Assembly (NCBI GenBank): GCA_003344405.1 | Contig: NOWV01000166.1 | Location: 124,001 to 172,800, forward strand | Direction: 5' to 3' | Length of the DNA stretch: 48,800 nt | From: Trichoplax sp. H2 | Lineage: Eukaryota | In this document: one piece after another, positions 28,101-41,208 of the stretch | How the letters are laid out: every line of letters starts with the position of its first letter | Position numbering within the stretch: the stretch's first letter is position 1 | Translations under genes and position numbers: made by a program | The notes under the pieces: model-generated | What the model was told of the DNA's origin: nothing | What the model saw: the letters and a program-made list of their open reading frames with translations, nothing else | Database searches by the model: none

Positions 28101-28641
28101 TGCAAATTAATGCTATCTAATGTTTCACGTTACTGCTATGATAATCTAGAAATGTAAATAATGTCTTTCAGATCTTGGCTTCACTAATTATAAGACTAGC
28201 CCTGGCGGAAGCTTTCTGCATCAATTGTGGTATTCTAGCCTTAGACGAACCAACCACTAATCTCGATGAAGAAAATATTGAAAGTTTAGCACAGTCTCTA
28301 ATTGAGTACGAATTGCTTGATGTATTTTCTTTTGACTATTCAAATCACCTGTGTTATCACTGAAATATCTGTAAACTTTATTTAATAGTATTTTACACAA
28401 TCGTTCAAAGCAAAGAAATTTTCAGTTAGTCATTATTACACATGATAAACAATTTGCCGTAAGGCTGAGGAGATCTGGATTTACCAGCCATTTCTATCAC
28501 GTTTGGAAAGACTCCACGTAAGGCGAATAACTTTAATTCAGTCCAATTGGGGCCATATTTTTAATATAGTTGATTTATTTCTCCAGTAAAGGAAATTACT
28601 CATCAATAGAGCAAACCGATACGGAAAATATCCCATCGTGA
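19124..28641 (+). CDS. RAD50: DNA repair protein RAD50, about 45 exons
   Basis: [15 protein letters not shown], Walker [41 protein letters not shown], long coiled coil, zinc hook CPLC (~24544-24555), signature [10 protein letters not shown], Walker B/D-loop [12 protein letters not shown]-loop VIITHD; TGA at 28639-28641. Confidence 0.97.
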
Positions 28642-28875
28642 TGGGCAATAAATGCGAATGATGACGAAGATCAGTATTAATTTAAGTACTGTGGAAGTTT
28701 ACTTCTATCTAACTATCAATTTTTTCGATAATGAACAATGGTAACCAACAAAATACAGTAATATTATAAATAGTAGTACAAAGCAATAACTGGATCGTTG
28801 TCTATCTGAATTATAATACACTAGAAATGGATGTAACATCTAATTTGGCATCTAATTTGGATAGCTGTTGCATGT

Positions 28876-31354
28876 TTAGTGGCATTTATCAATTAATGTC
28901 CCCCTTGCTTTTTTGACTTCTTCCTGGAATGCCTAATGATTTCAATTTTAGAGGCACAATAAAAATCAGTAATCGTCAATTAGTTTCATAAATAACAATA
29001 CGGTGGCAATTATAATAGTAAGCGGTACCATTTCAGCAATTCTTTTCCTAGCTGCTTCTTTTCTGTTTAATTGTTGTTCGATGACTTTCGCATTTGCAGA
29101 GTAAGAATTTTCAACTTCCCTCTATCAAATAAACAGTAGCACCGAAAGAAGAAATTAGGGTCATGTTGTAACAGTAGAGGCTTTTATTTATCCGATTACT
29201 TTACCACATTTACCTGCTCAATTTCATCTTCTTCTTCGTCTATGGTCGATACAGTGATAGAACTATATTTTCCCATGTCTCTTGTATATTTTTTCATCAT
29301 AACCTGGAATAACGGTAAAATAAAAACATGAAATTCAAGAAAGTCCGTCTGATCACTTTTCAAATCGGAATAAATTTTAATTCGATGCTTGCAGGAAATA
29401 GTCTACATTCAGATTGGTGGCATGAGGTTATTCAAATGGTATGTAATACATTTCTGTACCTTTTTATTATTGCTACTGTTAACAGTTTGAGGAACACTAG
29501 TCTTGATAGCACCACCACCGCTATCGATGAGGGCACCTTCATTTATATGGAAAGGAAAATATTTCACTGAGTTTGATTGTATACTAGTCGTTCAAATACA
29601 TCAGTACGTAAGTCCATTATCTTAGACGATAACTATCCTACGAGTACGCGTACATAAGTTTAGCCGGTTATAAATCACATCTAAAAGAGATTACAGTCTA
29701 TTCCATAGGATACTTAATCAAGAAGATGAAATTAATGCAGATACAATTTCAAATAATTTGCCTAGTCGGTAGATTAATTATTCATTACCATTGAGAATGA
29801 ATAGGGTAGGACTGTCTTTCTCTGTGTGTTCATAGAATAGGTCAAGATTACACCTATTAATAGTAAATAGACCCATGACTTCAAAGATACGAGTCTATTA
29901 CACAGGATATTGTTATATGTGTAAGGAGAGATTTCTTGCGTTAGTTCTATACAATCGTGATATTATGTTCACCTACTTGATACAACACTTTCTAAACTGT
30001 TGTTCGCCATGGCTATCGGACCTGATGAGTTCAATTGACAAATACTGCAGTTAGATATTTATTCAAGGCTTAGACCATTAAATATCTTTCTGCTCTTCAT
30101 AATCCACTACAGCTCGCGTATGACAGTTTCATCAAGCGCTATAACCTTGATTCAATTCTTAATAACTAATGATACTGGCAGAGTTTACTAGTTTATCCAT
30201 TGTTGGAATCATTTTTTGGTTCTATGACTAACCATCAACTATGATTTTAATGGTCAAGAATGAAAAAGGTGACAGTAGTCATGATAGAATTATTTTACCT
30301 TTTCAGAATGACAACTTTACCATCGTTACAGAACATCTTGCATTCTTGTTTCTTCTTATCGACAACTCGAGCGTGATCGAGTTTTCTTAGCGGTAATTCG
30401 GTTAATTTTTTGTCTTTTCAAAGATAAATAGTATAAGTTTAAAATGTTGAAATCACGTATAGTAGAAAAGCTAATCATGCTGCAGTATTACTTGAAAGAA
30501 GGTAAATAAATCATAATCTATTATCGCAGTAGGAGTAGAATAATACTATTAGTAGCAATCAGTGTATCTTTTGTACAAAGTCATATGCTTTGATGATATG
30601 AGGCATTGTCAAGAGTTTTTGCATCTTACTGGACGATATATTACTGGTCAATCATACAGTACAAATAGTAGGAGCTTTGATGCTAACTTCTTGTACATTT
30701 GTTCATGTTCTCTTTGCAATAATATTGATCCATTAGCATGGCGTCTGATATCGAAATCCAGTAACTGAATTGATTGACGGTGAAACCCCTGTACTACTTA
30801 CTACCTTTCAATTTTAACTTGGCACTGTAAGGGCTAAAATGACCAAGTTAGTCTATTCGTCAGTCCATAAGCAAAAGTAGGGTAAAAATAATGTAACACC
30901 AACGATAGACAATTGACAGTACAGTAAATTAGTCAACTACGAGAATAGCTGTTTGTTTGAACATGTCCTACAAGTTAGACACTGCCTTGAGAATTTAATG
31001 ATGGCGCTTGCCATGTACGGGTATAAGGAGAGTATGTAGTCGATGATAAAATACATCCTACTGTGTTGTAATAGAAGCTTTCAATCCCGCATAGAACATA
31101 TTCAAATGTTAGTAGAATTATGATCAAAAGGTTGACTGAGCACTTGCGTTACTAAGCAATAGTACAGTACAATTGGGCTTTCTCCTTGCTCGACTCCTTC
31201 CACTGCAAATTAGAATTGTACGATGGATACCTATGATTAGCGCCATTTGACCACAGATGCAATAGTAGACGAATAGAGTGGCATTTTTATTGCTATATTC
31301 TTCTTGATCTCTTGTATCTGAGCAAACAATGCTACGAGAGACAACTTTAGGCAT
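28876..31354 (-). CDS. STEEP1: STING ER exit protein 1 (CXorf56/UPF0428 family), 8 exons
   Basis: [20 protein letters not shown]...[89 protein letters not shown]; closely matches the human protein as I know it. Confidence 0.93.
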
Positions 31355-31419
31355 GGCTGTTAACGTTGATGAATTGGAAATCCTTGTCGACTGGCGAAGT
31401 TCTCGCAGGAGCTGTTTTC

Positions 31420-32300
31420 CAGAGTACAGTACTGTACTGTACTGTACAGTGTACAGGATAGGCTGGAAGCTGTTATTTTGGACTTGTCTACCAGAGGACG
31501 ACGGTCGGTTATACACTGTCTAAGGGTCTCTACTGTAGTAAGGGTCTGTATACTACAGTACACTACACTAGTAGTGATACCGTACTCAGTACTGTATTAT
31601 ACGCTACAATGTACTCAATCAGATCCAATGATAGTACTGTACAGTACTGTGATACTCGATCTCATGATCTGGTCCGGTCACTACAGCACCGACTGTACAG
31701 TGTACAGTGTACAGTACGTAGCATGGAGTACTGTACTGTACAGTACTGTATGTAAAATTAAATTAATTAATTAATCCAGGGCTAATACCCGCTCTTGAGC
31801 GGTGTTTGCAGGCACTGCAAAGTAGGACCCAATCTTTTGACTCACTCTCTAAGGGTCTCTACTGTAGTAAGGGTCTGTAGTACAGATTCTGTACTACTGT
31901 ATTATGTCATACACACTAATAGTGATACCGTACTCAGTACTGTATTATACGCTACAATGTACTCAATCAGATCCAATGATAGTACTGTACTGTGATACTC
32001 GATCTCACGCTCTGGTCCGGTCCGGACCAGATTCGGTCACTACAGTACGTAGCATGGAGTACTGTATTCTAAATACTGTACAGTACAGTATGTAAAATTA
32101 AATTACAGAGCTAACACCCGCTCATGTGCGGTGTTAGCAGCCACTCCAAAGTACTGTAGGACCCAATTTTTGGACTATGTACTGTACAGTACACTGTACT
32201 GTATAATTGTAGTATACAGTACTGTGCATTGTATAAAATATATAGTAAATTGTATAAAAACAATATCATGATTGGACGGTACGGTACGGTACTGTAGCGT
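31420..32300. repeat. ACAGT/TACTG microsatellite-rich tract containing a ~330-bp tandem duplication, between divergent STEEP1 and CDK9
   Basis: Dense cagta/tactg pentamers; ctaagggtctctactgtagtaagggtctgta...gtaggacccaat occurs at ~31520-31832 and ~31849-32167. Confidence 0.9.
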
Positions 32301-32649
32301 CAATGCTACCATGCGTCAGCACATCCAAGTACAATCCATGGTGCAGCACACTACAGTACGTACACTACAGACCCTTCTAAGAGTCTCTTATTCAAAAACT
32401 AACCCATGTCCTTGAGTGTCCTTGACGAAGCCAAAAATACAGGATTGGACTAAAGTCCTTGTGGTAGTCCTCCAAAAAATTCATCGTGAGAACGTACCTT
32501 TATAAGGGTCTCTTATTAACGTACAGTACAGTACATTGCCACTTTCACTTTTTTTGACCAGATGCATGTCAGAGACTGCGCCTCTGTCCATACAAAGTAC
32601 TGTGAAAATGAGCGTGACAACCATACGTAGGGTCATCGACTACTAGACG

Positions 32650-32657
32650 TGACGTCA
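32650..32657. promoter_or_regulatory. CRE palindrome TGACGTCA upstream of CDK9
   Basis: Perfect consensus ~245 bp before the CDK9 ATG; function untested, and an 8-mer can occur by chance. Confidence 0.3.
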
Positions 32658-32901
32658 AAGCAAGTCATGGTGCGGTACAGGTCAGGCCTAGGTACAGTAC
32701 TGGATGACAGTGGACGTCCTGATGGGCATCGTCCGTCCGTATGATACGTCCAGTACGATACTCTACAGTGCTCAGTACGCTTAATCATGCGGCGTATACA
32801 GGAGACAGTGGAATAGAATTACACCAGTTGAGCGTCGATTGGCTTCTTTTTCCCATCATTCTGCTTAGTTGATCGTCTTGACGCCATCTTGAGTGTTCCC
32901 G

Positions 32902-35900
32902 ATGAGTAAAGAGCCGTATAATTATCCTTTTATTCACGATGTTGGCAAGTACGAAAAAATTACCAAGATTGGCCACGGAACATTCGGGTAATAGATAAAT
33001 GACACAACCTTGATACTTTCTTACGGTGCTGCTAACACTAATTAAAAGGTTACTTTATACATGAAATGAAAAAAAAAAAAAAATCCACAATAAAAGGATC
33101 TACAGTACAATAAAAATATCAACGATTCGCAGGGGCCTACAAGTCAATATACGCATATTTTCCAGTTGATCTTTTCCATGTATGTGTACCTAAAAATGAT
33201 AACATTTCAACTACCATGCAATCCATTTCTTCACTGCTTGTATGTGCTGCTTACACCTTGTTATGGTAGTTTTGATGACGAAGGTAACCAAAAAAAAAAA
33301 ATGGAGAAAATGTTGATACATTCGTAGGTTAGCAGTAACTGATGGTACTATACGCATCAGTGAGATACATACTCTACTTGTATGCATCTAGGTCTAATAG
33401 AAAATAATCCTAGCTGTAGTGTAGACCACTCTAATTAGAAAGCTCTGCTAATGCATATCAATGCCAAGATTGATTCCACTGTACAATGGACATACGCGTT
33501 GAACCCTACTCTCGGCGATGTCATATTCTATCAAAAGTGTTGAATGCTCGATACTATAACTGTAGTCGACAATGTGCTCGTCTAAAATAACCAAAATCCA
33601 ATGGAAATGGGTGTAGAGACCTTCAATCAGAAGCATTATTCATGGCACTGCTTTAAAACTATACGCTACTTTTGCAAGAAGGCCAAAGTTGTAAAGGAGC
33701 TTGTTAAGCACGGCTTACATGCAAGTACTATCAAGCACAAGCCAATCACTAATAATAACTGATCACGACCGATTGCTGTTTTACCGTTCTGTAGAGCTAA
33801 TATCGACTTCTCCCTTGTACTGCACATTATTCGTACAGTAGATTAGTAAGCTTCAAGCACCATAACCTTTTTAAGCTAGACTGGTAGAAAATAATTCCTT
33901 TTATATACAGGATGAGTATACTGGATTGTGGAATGATATAGTAGTAATGGTTGAAATGATGACTGTAAGACTTGAATAAAGTGAACCTCATGAAACTTTT
34001 AATAAACCTCCTGAGATAATAAAATAGCAATCAATAAAACGCTATACTTTGGCCATAGATGCCCGGTAGCGTACACAATCGAATATTTGTCAATTTATGC
34101 TATATGCTGAGTACTATCTTTCTTGTGCAAGCTCAACACTTCAGTGTATGATAAGAATTGTATACAAGTCGGCTTCTTCAATTCCCATTTGAATCAGAGT
34201 AAACGACCAAGACATGAAACACATAAAACCTTCGAATGTAGTACAGTATATTGCTTCATGGAATAGAGTTGTTGTGTTATATAACTATAGTAGTAAAAGT
34301 GCCGTCGATTTTAGAAATGAACATTTTCGACATTCGCTCTTGGTGTATACAATAGAATATGAATTGATCAGTTTCGCGAAATTGGAAATGATACCTATCA
34401 AATGTTAAAATTTTTGATATAAATGTCAAAGTATGTAAGCTATCGACTTAATAAGAGCTCCAGCTATAGTAATGCTGTACTGGTTTCATATCTTCCGAAA
34501 TAGCGAAGTATTCAAAGCTAGGAATCGCATCAGCAAAGAGTTTGTGGCGCTTAAACGTGTCTTGCTAGGCAATGAAAAAGAAGGGGTAACTGTCTTGATA
34601 GATAAAATTGATTAGTATACATACCATAATTATGAAAGGATAAATTACATGTAAATAGTATATTGGATTGCTTGATAATAATTACGATATGTAAATTTAC
34701 TGGTAATTCAAGCGTACATCATACAAATGATTTATATGCTTATTTCACCATATATTTTTAGTCAATACTGTACGTTCTACTGTGCTATTCATGTCGTAAA
34801 CCATGTGTAACTAGATGAGTACGTATAGTTCTTTGGGTTGTAATCGTAGTCCGCGCTGTAATTAATGTTCAGAGTGTAGAATTGCTTAAATTGTATTCGA
34901 TAGGGATCATCATTTTTCTTTTATAGCCCTACTTGAAAAGTAAATTACTTTAGCAAAGCAATGTTTGCAGTATTATCCATTATCACTGTTCTACTGGATA
35001 TGTAATTACAGTATAGCTATGATTAAAAATACGTAGATACCAGAGTAGTTACTTTACTTACAAATATATGGTGTAGAAATGAAAGAGACTAGGATGTAAT
35101 TACTGTAGCTTTCTATACAGTGGCATATTACGTTAAAAGATTGCAATGATACTATACGTGTATATTTAATGCTTACCTTTTTTCATTGTATCAATATTTC
35201 ATCTGGTAGTTTCCTATCACATCGCTCAGAGAAATTAAAATTTTAAGAGCTCTCAAGCATGACAATATTGTGCGTCTACAGGAAATTTGCCGATCCAAAG
35301 GTTAGTCTAATTTAAAAGATATTGTGTGTGTATAGAAAAATATTATCATAAACTAAGTAACCGTAAAGCGACAAAATTGCTAATCACTGTGAGGTCGTAA
35401 TGATCTATTAAAATCATGATGGAATGATGCAAGGACAAGATTCAACGGAAATTGTATTATTCAGTATTAAATGTAAAGATTTATACAGTGTATGAGTTAC
35501 TTTGACTTAAAATCGAATAATATTCAAATTATTATCGTCACTTCATTAATATTCATATGTCTATATTTAAATTAATTGTATCAAACCTATCTTGCTATTA
35601 TAATGATAGGTACCCCGCAAAGTCGTAAAAGAGGCAGTATCTATCTAGTTTTTGAATTCTGTGCTCATGATCTTGCCGGCCTATTACAAAATCCACAAGT
35701 TAAATTCAACCTCTCGGAAATTAAGCGCATGATGAAACATTTATTAAGTGGATTATTTTATATACATAGCAATAAGGTCTTGCATAGAGATTTGAAGGCG
35801 GCTAATGTTTTAGTAACTCGTGATGGCGTCTTAAAACTAGCCGATTTCGGTTTAGCGCGTGTTTATAGTCGTAAAGAAAAGACTCACTGCTTTACTAATC

Positions 35901-36439
35901 GTGTTGTTACACTATGGTATCGAGCACCGGAGTTACTACTTGGCTGTCGTGATTACGGACCGGCCATTGATATGTGGGCAATTGGTTGTATTATGGCTGA
36001 ATTTTGGACTCGTAGTGCTATCATGCAAGGGAATAGTGAAACTAATCAGTTGACGTTAATCACTCAATTGTGTGGCTCAATTACTCCTGAAGTCTACCCA
36101 GATGTGGATAAATTAGATTTGTTTAAAAAATTTGATTTACCAGCTAGCCAAAAGCGCCGTGTCAAAGAACGTCTATCTCATTATGTCCGTGACCGTCATG
36201 CCTTAGATTTAATTGATCGTTGCTTAACGATCGATCCTGCTAAGCGAATCGATAGTGACTCCGCCTTAAATCATGACTTTTTCTGGTCTGATCCTTTACC
36301 TGCCTCTAAAATTAGCTGTTTAAGCCGCTTGAATGTATCAATGTTCGAATTTCTAATTGATCGCAAAACAACTAATCCACAGCATCGACCGGAGCCGAGT
36401 CAAATGTCTCAACAACCTGGATACGACCGTGTCTTTTAA
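32902..36439 (+). CDS. CDK9: Cyclin-dependent kinase 9; exons 32902-32987, 34504-34585, 35210-35300, 35610-36439
   Basis: KYEKITKIGHGTFG|EVFKAR...VALKRVLLGNEKEG|FPITSLREIKIL, GSIYLVFEFCAHDLAGLL, HRDLKAANVL, LADFGLAR, TNRVVTLWYR, IMQGNSE, RRVKERL, DSDSALNHDFFWSDP, C-terminal YDRVF; these are CDK9-specific segments. Confidence 0.95.
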
Positions 36440-37797
36440 ATGTTGTAGATAAAACCTATGTTAATATAGTGAGAGTAATAGATATTATAACAAAAAAATT
36501 GAGTTCAACTGATTTGCTGTTGCTAAATGTCGTACAGCGGTATCGCATTTATACTAAATTTCTACTAAATTTTGTATCATAGTCACGAAAGGAAAACTAG
36601 CGTCATAACGGTCTCGCTGTATAGTTATTTTATGATTTTTTAAAGAAAATAATTGTTAACGATTACTTCAATAATCCTATTGTATGTATAAAGGATTTCA
36701 AATTTTTTGTTGCCATAATTCCTTTATTTTTGGCAAATTAATATTATTAAGAATGACTAAAATTACGAATTAATAGATCTTCATAGATCTGGCTTCTGCG
36801 AGAACATTGTCATCTTATTTGATAGTAATGTTCGATAGAGGATTGATTGCAACACTTATATCGACAGTACACATACGTACGCGTATTTATAGAGATATGT
36901 ATAAAAGGCGTTTAAAGGATAATATGTATACGGCCTTCATATACTTCATTGGTATTTTGTCTTGATAATAAAACTGGTTCACTATATTGTAGTATTTTGA
37001 CGTGTTTGGATGGTTACTTACTTACTCATTATAATTGCATAATTAGTTTAGTCATGGATTTCACGGTCGATTTACATTATCTGAAGATTAGCTTTACTTC
37101 TGATATATTTATGATGTTAAGACTTTGTTACCAAATACTTTCCATTTCGTCTGTTCATCAGTGTTTTGCACATGCAAATTGATGTGACAGTACTCTTTAC
37201 GGTACCTAAACATATATGTTTGTCTATTCACTCCTGTTACAGTTACAATTTTGGTCAATATACCTTAATTGCTGACTTGATAAGCAAGGAGTTTACGATG
37301 AAAACTAAATTGGATACCATCAATAAAAAGGAAAACTTCCATTGTATCATGTTTGCAATTTTATTACCTGTTGCAGCTTATATTGACATATTGTAGCATT
37401 TCCAAAGAGTCTTATTGTAGTAGCGAAAAGTACTTAAAAAAAATTTTGAATGCACACCTCTTGCTAATATTGCTTTAATAGCTCTATAGAATATGAATTG
37501 AAAGCCTGAAGCAGTAACGTGACATGTTGCCAACGCATGTTTACGGTTACCATTTATCGAATTTTGTACATTATAGCTTTTAAAGCAAATATTGTAGAGT
37601 GTTAAGCGATATCGATCGAAGACTTTGGTGATTTGATAAGATTAACTCAACCCTAACCCCAACCCTAACTTTACGTTTGCCAGCCTTAATTACTAAGAAT
37701 TATAGATATGTAAATTTTGTACTGGATGAGATGTAAATAACAATGAGAATCAATTGGTGTATGAACAATCCAATCAGCTGGACTGTATACTACGATA

Positions 37798-39907
37798 CTA
37801 AACAGCATCCATCAATTCCATCATTTGATTAGTCCCGCAGATTTTTCGTCTGAGGTATGATTCTTCAGTTTCAAGACTGCCATGGACTTGATGCCATTCG
37901 AAATACGGTATCTAATAATGTAGAAATAATACGTGCAGTACAATAAGTCATCATATACTCTTATACGACACAAAAATATCAAGATATCAAACATAATCAA
38001 TGTGTTACCGATATAATTTGCCATCCCAAAGCTTTCAACAAACGATGTTTGAGTAATGTGTCACCTAATGGTCTTCGTGTCTTATATGCAAAATGATGGG
38101 AGCCATCAACCTCCACAGCTACTTTACGTAGTGGATTCCTTTAGTAGCATAATTAAACATTAGCAACACTGGCTTTCTTTGAAACGACTTTATCAGGAAA
38201 ACTAAATCCGTAACAATCTTTTTAAATATATTTGGTCATAAAGTGTAAGTATCATTACCGCTTAGTATCAAGGACAGCAAAGATGTCCTCATTTAGACGG
38301 ATACTATCAAAATCACGCCATAATAGAGCCCGATTTCTGTCATCCAAAACAAACGCCATATCGAGGCTGTACCCACATTCTAAAGATATTTCAGAACCAA
38401 AGTATTGTTTACCACCAAAAATTCTTTCCATAGCCTGCTGAACCTCAATCTCTATCGTCGATGTTATCCGCTGTAAATTGGCCAAAGTTTTAATAATTTG
38501 ATTTCGTAGTGGTAATGGCAAAGAAAACTCGGAAGAGCCATCTCCGTATTCCAGTTTGACTGCTAAGTCTATTTGGCATAACTGCACCTTATCTACACGG
38601 CTTAGTCCGGAATTCGATTGACATTCTAGCGTTTGTAGATGATCATGATTAAAATATATATATATATATGTGTATTGTACATTTATTAATAAAAATACTA
38701 ATTAAGGTGTACGAATATACTATCTTTATAGCTAGCAATTGTGCAATGACTGTATTATATCATACTCTGAGTAAATGAACTTACTTTGTAAGAAGGTTGG
38801 ATCGAATACCTTAGCAAAGAGGGGACGATGATACCGTTGCAAGATCACCATAGACCATGCAATGTTTAATAAAAACTTTGGATTATAGTTATCATATGAC
38901 CGGTTTAATAGATTTTCTATGGCAGAAAAGAATTCTTTACTATTGGACGGTTTAAAATTAACTTTTGCAAAGGAGTATAATACTTGCGCAACATCATATT
39001 GACCATACTGTTGATGATTATTCACAAAGTGCTGGCCAACGGCCTCAAATAACTCGCGATTATAAATGAGGTGTTTAGCAAATGCCCAAGCTATGACTCC
39101 AACAGTATATGGTGACCAATTTGAAAGCTTTAAGATTGAAATTGCTGCTATGTCGAATATTAATTCCATGTTAAAGACTCTACATTTAGTGAGCATCAAT
39201 ACTAGATTACGAATGCTGATATCGTCAAGATGATTAAGATTACGACAGGCATGATCAATCAAGGCTGACAGTAGTGGTTTATGTTTAGTTTTATTTTTAG
39301 CTACGCCATGATAGAGAGGAATTATATCTTGTAGATTAATATCCTTTATATTTCGAGCTAATCTTTGCTCTAATTTATTTAGAAATTGAAATTTACTACC
39401 GCGTTCAGCAAACAATTGAAATAGCTTAGTCATAGTCGATAAATCATCAATACTATCTAATTCTCGTTCAGTTCTTTTGGCTAATGCTTTAGTAAATCTG
39501 CTCCGAATAGGAACATGAGGAGAGGAAGAAATATGCACCAAGTTTAACCAAAGTTGTTTATCCATATTGTGCAATCGACGGCAACATTCATCCTCCACGT
39601 TAATTTGGAACCACTTTCGAAGTGTTAGCGGCTTGAAAGATCTGGATGTCCATGAAGTGGAATGCGTAATAGCCATAATCTTGACTAGTTCTTGATCATT
39701 TAATTCGTGTATATCTTGCTGTGAGTATTGATTTGCATTGCATAACTCCTGTTTGATAGCAGTCGGACTGTTTAATTGATCAACAATACCAAATAAAAAA
39801 TTGCTACATCTGCGATAACTTGATAGGGGTAAATACGTGAAAGTTAAAGTATCTCTGGAGAGTGCTACCATGTTCACCACTTTACGGTAAACTTTATGCA
39901 TAGCCAT
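37798..39907 (-). CDS. FASTKD-like helical-repeat + RAP-domain protein, paralog 1; exons 39907-38785, 38625-38259, ~38138-38009, ~37911-37798
   Basis: Basic N-terminus, 37-aa repeats (WSPYTVGVIAWAFAKH, YGQYDVAQVLYSFAKVNF), LNIAWSMVILQRY, QIDLAVKLE, GYSLD, RAP motif KVAVEVDGSHHF...LGDTLLKHRLLKALGWQIIS|IPYFEW. Confidence 0.88.
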
Positions 39908-41208
39908 TCTTGCCTATAATCGTCTTATTAATCAATTGGAGATCAGGTAGCATTTCATTTTTTTCCTTGATCATTAATTCTCAAGTTGAGTTGGAAATTG
40001 AAAAAATACCATGGTATCATTGTCGAGAATGAATGTTAAGATAAAGCGAGCACTTGGTTGAAGCTAACACCTATTTTGGATTTGCCAAAGTGTATGGAAG
40101 AAGTATGCTATAGCTCAATTGGCTTCCAAATGCGTGTCCTTGTTGCAACAATCTCGCCAATAAATTTAATTTGATTACCGTAGCGTAGTTCGTCCTGGCG
40201 AGGCTAATCTCCACGTCCTTGAATTCTGTTGTGCAATCCGATTGAAATCGATGAGCTTCTAGCTCGACTCTACCAGTACTTGTGAATTTGCAATGATGAT
40301 TACCAGCTGTGTAAGCTGATTATTGACCTCTACTGTGATCTTTCAGTCTTACTTAATGGCTAAATCGAAGGCTAAACTGCTTAATCAACCAATTGCGGCA
40401 ATCAAGTAAACGTGCAATCAGCTATAGCCAGCAATGATCTCGTGAGACTGGACTATTGCCTTGTTCATTGTAGTGGTACCCATACCATCCTTTATAATAC
40501 ACAGTCTACTATAACACCGTCTTTCGTAAGCCTGCAATACCCTGTTGCACGATACTTCTGCATGGTGGCTAGACCACCTGGTACTATATGCTACACTAAG
40601 CTAATTTGAAATGCACAAATCTGACTGCTGTGGCTCGGATCCTTTACAGTTGTCTAATCATATTATTTATTAAGTTAAAGGTTGAGTGGATTGTAGATGC
40701 CGAGCTGCCTCGATAGTTTATCCTTACTCTTAATTCAGGAATAATGTTGTTGCATTAGCCAACAGTAAAGTCCTATGCCCTAGTTGGAGCGAGATAGAAG
40801 CATTTCAAAGTACAGTAGAGAGAGAGGATATTTCTGCTAGCGTTGGTTTTGGTGAGCGATTGTGGAATCGCGATCGCTCGCTTGCAAGCGAGCAAGTTCA
40901 ATTCGTTATTGATGGAGAATTATTTAATGGCTACCAGATAGCGACCTCTTATAGCACCTGTATAACCTTACACTGTGTGACAACTTGTTGCAATTTGAAT
41001 ATAGGGATATCATCACTGCAGAATTCAAGATCCTCAAGTACTTTTATCGAGCAACTTGCTGTGTATCTCCTATCGATCCATTGCTAATTTCAGTTTTGCA
41101 ATCGACTACCAGTAGTTGAAAGTGGCAACAATCATTTTGGCTATCGGATTATTATAGTAAAAATAGTGTGTTGGGCGTGTAAATGTTGCATCACAAACTG
41201 TAATCAAC

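Noticed and set aside
31329-32095. YSTV/TVQY-rich ORFs (also 47305-48600)
   Set aside because: Artefacts of the ACAGT microsatellite.
32902-36439. Calling the kinase CDK11 from PITSLRE
   Set aside because: The N-terminus, DLAGLL, TNRVVTLWYR, IMQG, VKERL and the C-terminal DRVF are CDK9-type, and there is no long CDK11 N-terminal region.
37643-37670. Telomere-like (CCCTAA)n
   Set aside because: Only about four imperfect units; too short to call an interstitial telomere.
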